Positions 30,575 through 34,976 of a stretch of 34,976 nucleotides of DNA are shown in pieces (the stretch's first letter is position 1; each line of letters begins with the position of its first letter). Made by a program: the position numbers and the translations under genes. Below the pieces are notes generated by a model that did no database searches, was not told the origin of the DNA, and was given only the letters and a program-made list of their open reading frames with translations. The stretch is from positions 1 through 34,976 of the forward strand of contig JAKSOL010000027.1 in NCBI GenBank assembly GCA_024405635.1, written 5' to 3'. Source of the stretch: Salinivirgaceae bacterium (GTDB lineage: Bacteria; Bacteroidota; Bacteroidia; Bacteroidales; SZUA-534).

Positions 30575-31078
30575 GTGAATAGCGGAGTAAAACTTGTTGT
30601 TTTATTATTGTTACTTACTGTTAACCAAGCATTTGCACAAAGTCAAAGTTTGCGAATAAAGGTTACTAGTGGCAACAATTTAGAGTTCAACTTTAACTCG
30701 TATGCAAAACTGAAAAACGGCATACAATACGACGATTTCACAACAATAAAGGTTTCGTACTCCGATGTTGACGAAAACGGAGATTATACAAGCACTGGAT
30801 GGCGATTATCAGTAAACGCATTATCCGACGACTTGATACCTGACTTTGGAACAAGACATTTATCTCTAGACATAATCGAAATGAAATTCGTTCACGATTT
30901 TGACGTTAAACAATTTCCTTTATCTAGAGCAGAAAGCATAGTTGACGACGTTCACCAAAATCCAACAAACGACTACACATACAAAGTGTCGTATAGTTGT
31001 GGCATCAACGGAGAAATGATGAATGTTATAAGCGATAATTTTTCAACCGATATAATGTTTACTGTAACAGTCCCCTAA
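30575..31078 (+). CDS. Secreted paralog of the upstream protein, putative minor/tip pilin (GTG at 30575 preferred)
   Basis: Signal peptide ..NQAFA|Q. LRIKVTSGNNLEFNFNS...NGI aligns with MRMNVTSGGNIEFAFNT...NGI; shared CG and D..ST.I..T.T C-terminus. The track's TTG at 30542 lies inside the hairpin. Confidence 0.6.
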   Translation: MNSGVKLVVLLLLLTVNQAFAQSQSLRIKVTSGNNLEFNFNSYAKLKNGIQYDDFTTIKVSYSDVDENGDYTSTGWRLSVNALSDDLIPDFGTRHLSLDIIEMKFVHDFDVKQFPLSRAESIVDDVHQNPTNDYTYKVSYSCGINGEMMNVISDNFSTDIMFTVTVP

Positions 31079-34000
31079 TGAAGCCTGTTGCAAAAGCACG
31101 ACATATTCTACTAACAATTTTGTGCAGCTTGTTGTTTGCACAAACAGCTTGGTCGCAATTTTATTTTTACGAAGATGCGCACGACCAAGTTGAAGTAAAT
31201 TTTTTGCGCAAAAAAATTGAGACATTTTCAAACAATGCATTCTTTAATGCGGTAAAAATTGTCAACCCCACATCACAAAGACTCACATTTATAGCCAACT
31301 TCAGTTATCCTGCAGGTTGGACATTTATGGGCGACCAAGGACAACGATACACAATTGAGCCAAACGACTCAATAATAATTCCATTCCGTGCATCGGCCCC
31401 AAAAACCACACGCGGCGAAATTGGCTACTCAATTGTAGTGGCATTAACCGACCTACGAGGCAATGTTTTTAAAAACGCATATAGTTTTGTAAACATTCCA
31501 AAAGTGCAAGAGATATCGTTTGCACCCGAAAACCGAACAATATTTATCGACCAATATAAACGCGACGCCACAGTTGGTTTGCAATTTGCCAACACTGGCA
31601 ACACCGAAGAGGTTTTTCACATCGACTATCACCTACCCGATGCCTTAACAACGCGAGGAGAACACGAAGGCCTGTATGTTGACGAAATAAGTCTAAAACC
31701 ATACCACGACACAGTTATTCATTTGCCGGTAACCCTTCGCGACCGATATTCAGATGACAATCAAACATATCATCGAATTCAGGTGAATGTTTTAAATGCC
31801 GACACCACATTAAAATCGACCATTTGGGCTCGCGAACTTCGCAACCATTACTACAATCCTATACCGACATCGTACACCATGCTTGGTGTTGAATTAACCG
31901 CACGTAACCTTATTGCAGAGAGCGCACCTTCGCTTTCGGCCGACGTGTGGGGCAACTTTTTGCTAAAACGTGCAGGCACAATTTACTTTCGCGCCATGGC
32001 CAATAGCATCGAGAGCGCTGATTGGAAAAGAATGTGGCGATATGGCCGATACGAACTGCGCTACGATTACAAAAAAACGCACCTATGGTTAGGCGACATT
32101 CAGCAAGTATATGCGCTGAACATATATGGTCGTGGAGGTTTTTTATCACAAAAATTTAACAACAACGAGATTACTGCCATTGCGACAAAATCAATGTATT
32201 CCGATATATTAGATTATGGCGCATCATACAAATACAAGAACAGCAAGTTTGGTGCTAGCTTTGGAGGTGCATACGAACAAGACAAAGACAACCAACGAAA
32301 CATAGTAGGTGTATTTGTTGAAGGTAATTACAGACACAAAACGTTGGGAAACATTGACGCTACACTAAACCTAACCAACGCAATGTGGCAAACAGGCAAC
32401 AACATCACACAATTTGGACTAGGTTTTGATGCTCGATACTCAAACACCTTTGCAAAAAAATTGATTGTGTTTGCACAAACACACTACGGACAGCCTCAAT
32501 ACTTTGGCCGATACGCAGGTCGATTGGAACTAACAAGCCAACTGCGCTACCTTTTGGCGCAAGACAAATACCTATTTGCATCATACAACCGCACAAATAA
32601 CGGCACTCCCCGATACGTTGGCGACTCAATGCTACGTAGGTCTATTGTAAACTACGACGAGATAAAACTCACATATAACAAAAACATTACCAAGCATTTA
32701 TATTATTACGTAGGCGGAATTAGCGAGTCGCGACATGGCGACAACTTCAACTCAACCTACCCAAATTTGCTATTCACAACTCGAAATGTTTTTGCAACCG
32801 CAATGGTGCGCTTTCGCAAAGATCTTAACCTAATAAACCTAAACATAAAAGGTGGACCAAACTTTGTTACAGAACATCCCTTTGGACTCGACACTCTGCC
32901 ACACAACAAAGCATGGTTCTCGTTAGTTGCAAATGCTAGTTGGCGCTCGCAATATGGCGGCTTGTACCTAAACTACTACCACGGACCAAACTCGTTGAGC
33001 CAACAATTTACTCATTACATACAAAAAGGTTATCCTCGCACAATACGTTTGATGCCTTACCTTGACATTTACCTATTTCCACGCTACGTTCAGTACCAAA
33101 ACAAAACAAGCCTATCGTACGACATTGGCAACAAAACCACACGCGTAAGTTTAAGCAACGACCTTACTTTCTACCTAGGAAAAACAACCCAATTTATAAT
33201 AACCCACACATGGAATTTCTCATCGTCATACGATGTAATAACCGAAGAACAATATCGGTACAAAGGCTCGTATGTTGAAGCTCGTTTGCGCAAAGACTTC
33301 AACTTTGACCAACCTCGATACAAATTGTGCGACCTTGAAATAACATTCTACAAAGACTTGAATGGTAACCACCGCAAAGACGAAGACGAACCGGGCGTGA
33401 AAGATGTGCTATTCAACATTATACAAAACGAAGGCGAAGGAATCGAAAACGACCAAGAAGCATTGTCGGCATTTATGGCCATGGAACTATTGTCGGACAT
33501 GAACGGAACAGTGTCGTACAAAAACATTCCAAGTGGATTTTATATTATTGAATATCAACCTATTGGCGAAGTAGTTGGTGCATACACAACCGAGACCAAC
33601 CGCCAAAGCATATACATTAACAAGAACACTAAACTTGAAATACCTTTTGCCGAAAACAACAAGATATTTGGTCGCATTGTGATGAACCGCTCGCGCCTAT
33701 CAAATCTTGGCCAAGTTGACATTTCGAACATAAAAGTAACAGCCGAAGATACTCGCGGCAAAATTCACAGCACGTTAACCGACAAAGACGGAAACTTTAC
33801 ACTTTACGTACCAAGTGTTGACAAGTACAACGTAAAGGTGAACAACATTTTCTACGAAAACTTTGACCTTGAACAAAACACATTTGAGGTTCAACTTAAC
33901 GGCTACCGACAATTTGAAGTAAACTTTGTGTTTAACGAAAAACGCCGAAAAATAAACTTCACAACCACCCAAGAATACGGACTTAACGAATCGGACAATG

Positions 34001-34629
34001 GCATTGAAATGATTCGCCGAACCGCAATGACTGGTACAATTAAAGATGCAACTACCCTACAACCAATTGCCGCAAATATTAAGATAATAAACGGACGAGG
34101 CAAAGTAATTGCCACCGCAGCTTGCAATGCAAAAACTGGATTTTACAACATTGAATTCATAGCAGGAAACGACTACACCATTGAAGTTGAGGCCGACGGA
34201 TATTGGTTCTATAGCGAAAAACTACGTGTTGACCAAGCAGTAACCTTCTCAAATGACGAAAAGGATGTAATGCTTAAACAAATTATTAACGGAGCAACCA
34301 TTCCTATGAACAACCTTAACTTTGCCTCGCGAAGTACCGAAATACCTGCTGTTGCATTCCCTGAACTTGAACGTTTGCTAAAAGTATTGCGACAAAACCC
34401 ATCGGTTAAAATTGCAGTTTACGGCCATGCTGACGACATTGAAATTCGCGAAACAAACGTTGACGTAGCCCAAGAACGAGCTCGTATAGTTGCTTCATAC
34501 CTAATTGCAAACGGATACAGCCGAATAAAGTACCTTGGTTACTCAAACACCCGACCAATAGCCGACAACGACACTGAAGAAGGTCGAGCACAAAACCGTC
34601 GTGTTGAGATTGTGGTTACCGACAAATAA
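31078..34629 (+). CDS. Large outer-membrane protein: 2 Ig-like domains + predicted beta-barrel + SdrD-B-like + carboxypeptidase-regulatory-like domains + C-terminal OmpA domain (usher-like)
   Basis: Signal peptide; PAGW...IEPNDSIIIPF and ANTGN Ig/NEW3-like domains; ~480 aa of amphipathic aromatic-rich strands; FYKDLNGNHRKDEDEPGV; TLTDKDGNFTLYVP; OmpA motifs NLNF...VYGHADD...ERA..V..YL...PIADNDTEEGRAQNRRVEI. TAATG-coupled to the previous gene. Confidence 0.75.
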   Translation: MKPVAKARHILLTILCSLLFAQTAWSQFYFYEDAHDQVEVNFLRKKIETFSNNAFFNAVKIVNPTSQRLTFIANFSYPAGWTFMGDQGQRYTIEPNDSIIIPFRASAPKTTRGEIGYSIVVALTDLRGNVFKNAYSFVNIPKVQEISFAPENRTIFIDQYKRDATVGLQFANTGNTEEVFHIDYHLPDALTTRGEHEGLYVDEISLKPYHDTVIHLPVTLRDRYSDDNQTYHRIQVNVLNADTTLKSTIWARELRNHYYNPIPTSYTMLGVELTARNLIAESAPSLSADVWGNFLLKRAGTIYFRAMANSIESADWKRMWRYGRYELRYDYKKTHLWLGDIQQVYALNIYGRGGFLSQKFNNNEITAIATKSMYSDILDYGASYKYKNSKFGASFGGAYEQDKDNQRNIVGVFVEGNYRHKTLGNIDATLNLTNAMWQTGNNITQFGLGFDARYSNTFAKKLIVFAQTHYGQPQYFGRYAGRLELTSQLRYLLAQDKYLFASYNRTNNGTPRYVGDSMLRRSIVNYDEIKLTYNKNITKHLYYYVGGISESRHGDNFNSTYPNLLFTTRNVFATAMVRFRKDLNLINLNIKGGPNFVTEHPFGLDTLPHNKAWFSLVANASWRSQYGGLYLNYYHGPNSLSQQFTHYIQKGYPRTIRLMPYLDIYLFPRYVQYQNKTSLSYDIGNKTTRVSLSNDLTFYLGKTTQFIITHTWNFSSSYDVITEEQYRYKGSYVEARLRKDFNFDQPRYKLCDLEITFYKDLNGNHRKDEDEPGVKDVLFNIIQNEGEGIENDQEALSAFMAMELLSDMNGTVSYKNIPSGFYIIEYQPIGEVVGAYTTETNRQSIYINKNTKLEIPFAENNKIFGRIVMNRSRLSNLGQVDISNIKVTAEDTRGKIHSTLTDKDGNFTLYVPSVDKYNVKVNNIFYENFDLEQNTFEVQLNGYRQFEVNFVFNEKRRKINFTTTQEYGLNESDNGIEMIRRTAMTGTIKDATTLQPIAANIKIINGRGKVIATAACNAKTGFYNIEFIAGNDYTIEVEADGYWFYSEKLRVDQAVTFSNDEKDVMLKQIINGATIPMNNLNFASRSTEIPAVAFPELERLLKVLRQNPSVKIAVYGHADDIEIRETNVDVAQERARIVASYLIANGYSRIKYLGYSNTRPIADNDTEEGRAQNRRVEIVVTDK

Positions 34630-34640
34630 TAAAGAGTAGT

Positions 34641-34976
34641 TTAGAAACGTAAAGCCATCACCTTAAATTGGGTGTTTTGACGGCTATTGTAGCGTTGATT
34701 TGTGTCAAAATTCCATATCCACTCGTCACGTTCAAGCAAAGTTGGTAATGTTGCATAAACCGAATTGCGAATTGTTTGCTCGCCAGTATCAATATTGGTA
34801 TTAATCTCTTGATAATCAGCAACCAAGCACGATGCTCCTCTTGGCATTGAATTGATATGTTGCTGTTGAACCCACTTGCGAATAGGCTCCAAATCATTAT
34901 CGGACAGGTCAAATCGCGCAGTGAGATAATCACAAAGAATAATGTCGAGTTGGTTAAGCAAGTTAAGCGACACCAC
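34641..34976 (-). CDS. Hypothetical protein, C-terminal part (enters from the right edge)
   Basis: Open frame from the window edge to TAA at 34641 (VVSLNLLNQLDIILCDYL...WIWNFDT...), convergent with the OmpA-domain gene. No family recognised with confidence. Confidence 0.6.
   Translation of the reverse strand: MVSLNLLNQLDIILCDYLTARFDLSDNDLEPIRKWVQQQHINSMPRGASCLVADYQEINTNIDTGEQTIRNSVYATLPTLLERDEWIWNFDTNQRYNSRQNTQFKVMALRF

Noticed and set aside
29909-31078. Type V pilus (FimA/Mfa) or T9SS cargo interpretation of the two small secreted proteins
   Set aside because: No lipobox Cys after the signal peptide, too small for two-domain type V pilins, and no T9SS CTD.
31078-34629. Plain OmpA or PorE annotation
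   Set aside because: Only the last ~200 aa fit. There is no lipobox, TPR or WD40/PD40 region, and ~960 aa of Ig and barrel-like sequence would be left unexplained.

Overview
Chromosomal window from a Bacteroidota (probably Bacteroidales) genome, judged from repeated TAnnTTTG promoter boxes, a T9SS cargo protein and Gld-type ABC genes. Left end (1-3300): an accessory, defence-like patch downstream of tRNA-Ser(TGA). It holds a GmrSD-type (DUF262/DUF1524) nuclease, a DEDD-exonuclease/RecQ helicase fusion that runs off the window and is missing from the ORF track, and two decayed HTH gene relics. Middle: mostly housekeeping and envelope genes, namely tRNA-Val, a T9SS protein, M64 peptidase, acyltransferase, an lgt operon, GH74, DUF3667, folP, GH2 beta-galactosidase, gldA/gldF-gldG fusion/DUF4340, a Cys-less purF, a HAD phosphatase, an M16 peptidase pair and a GNAT. 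Best candidate for an undescribed system (29909-34629): two paralogous secreted pilin-like proteins and a 1183-aa outer-membrane protein. The first pilin has a donor-strand-like N-terminal extension and is followed by a stem-loop; the second lacks the extension. The large protein has usher-like architecture (Ig-Ig / beta-barrel / two C-terminal Ig-like domains) fused to an OmpA peptidoglycan-binding module. Together they suggest a chaperone-usher-like pilus in Bacteroidota with no separate chaperone gene at the locus. All family calls come from motif recognition by eye; no searches were run.
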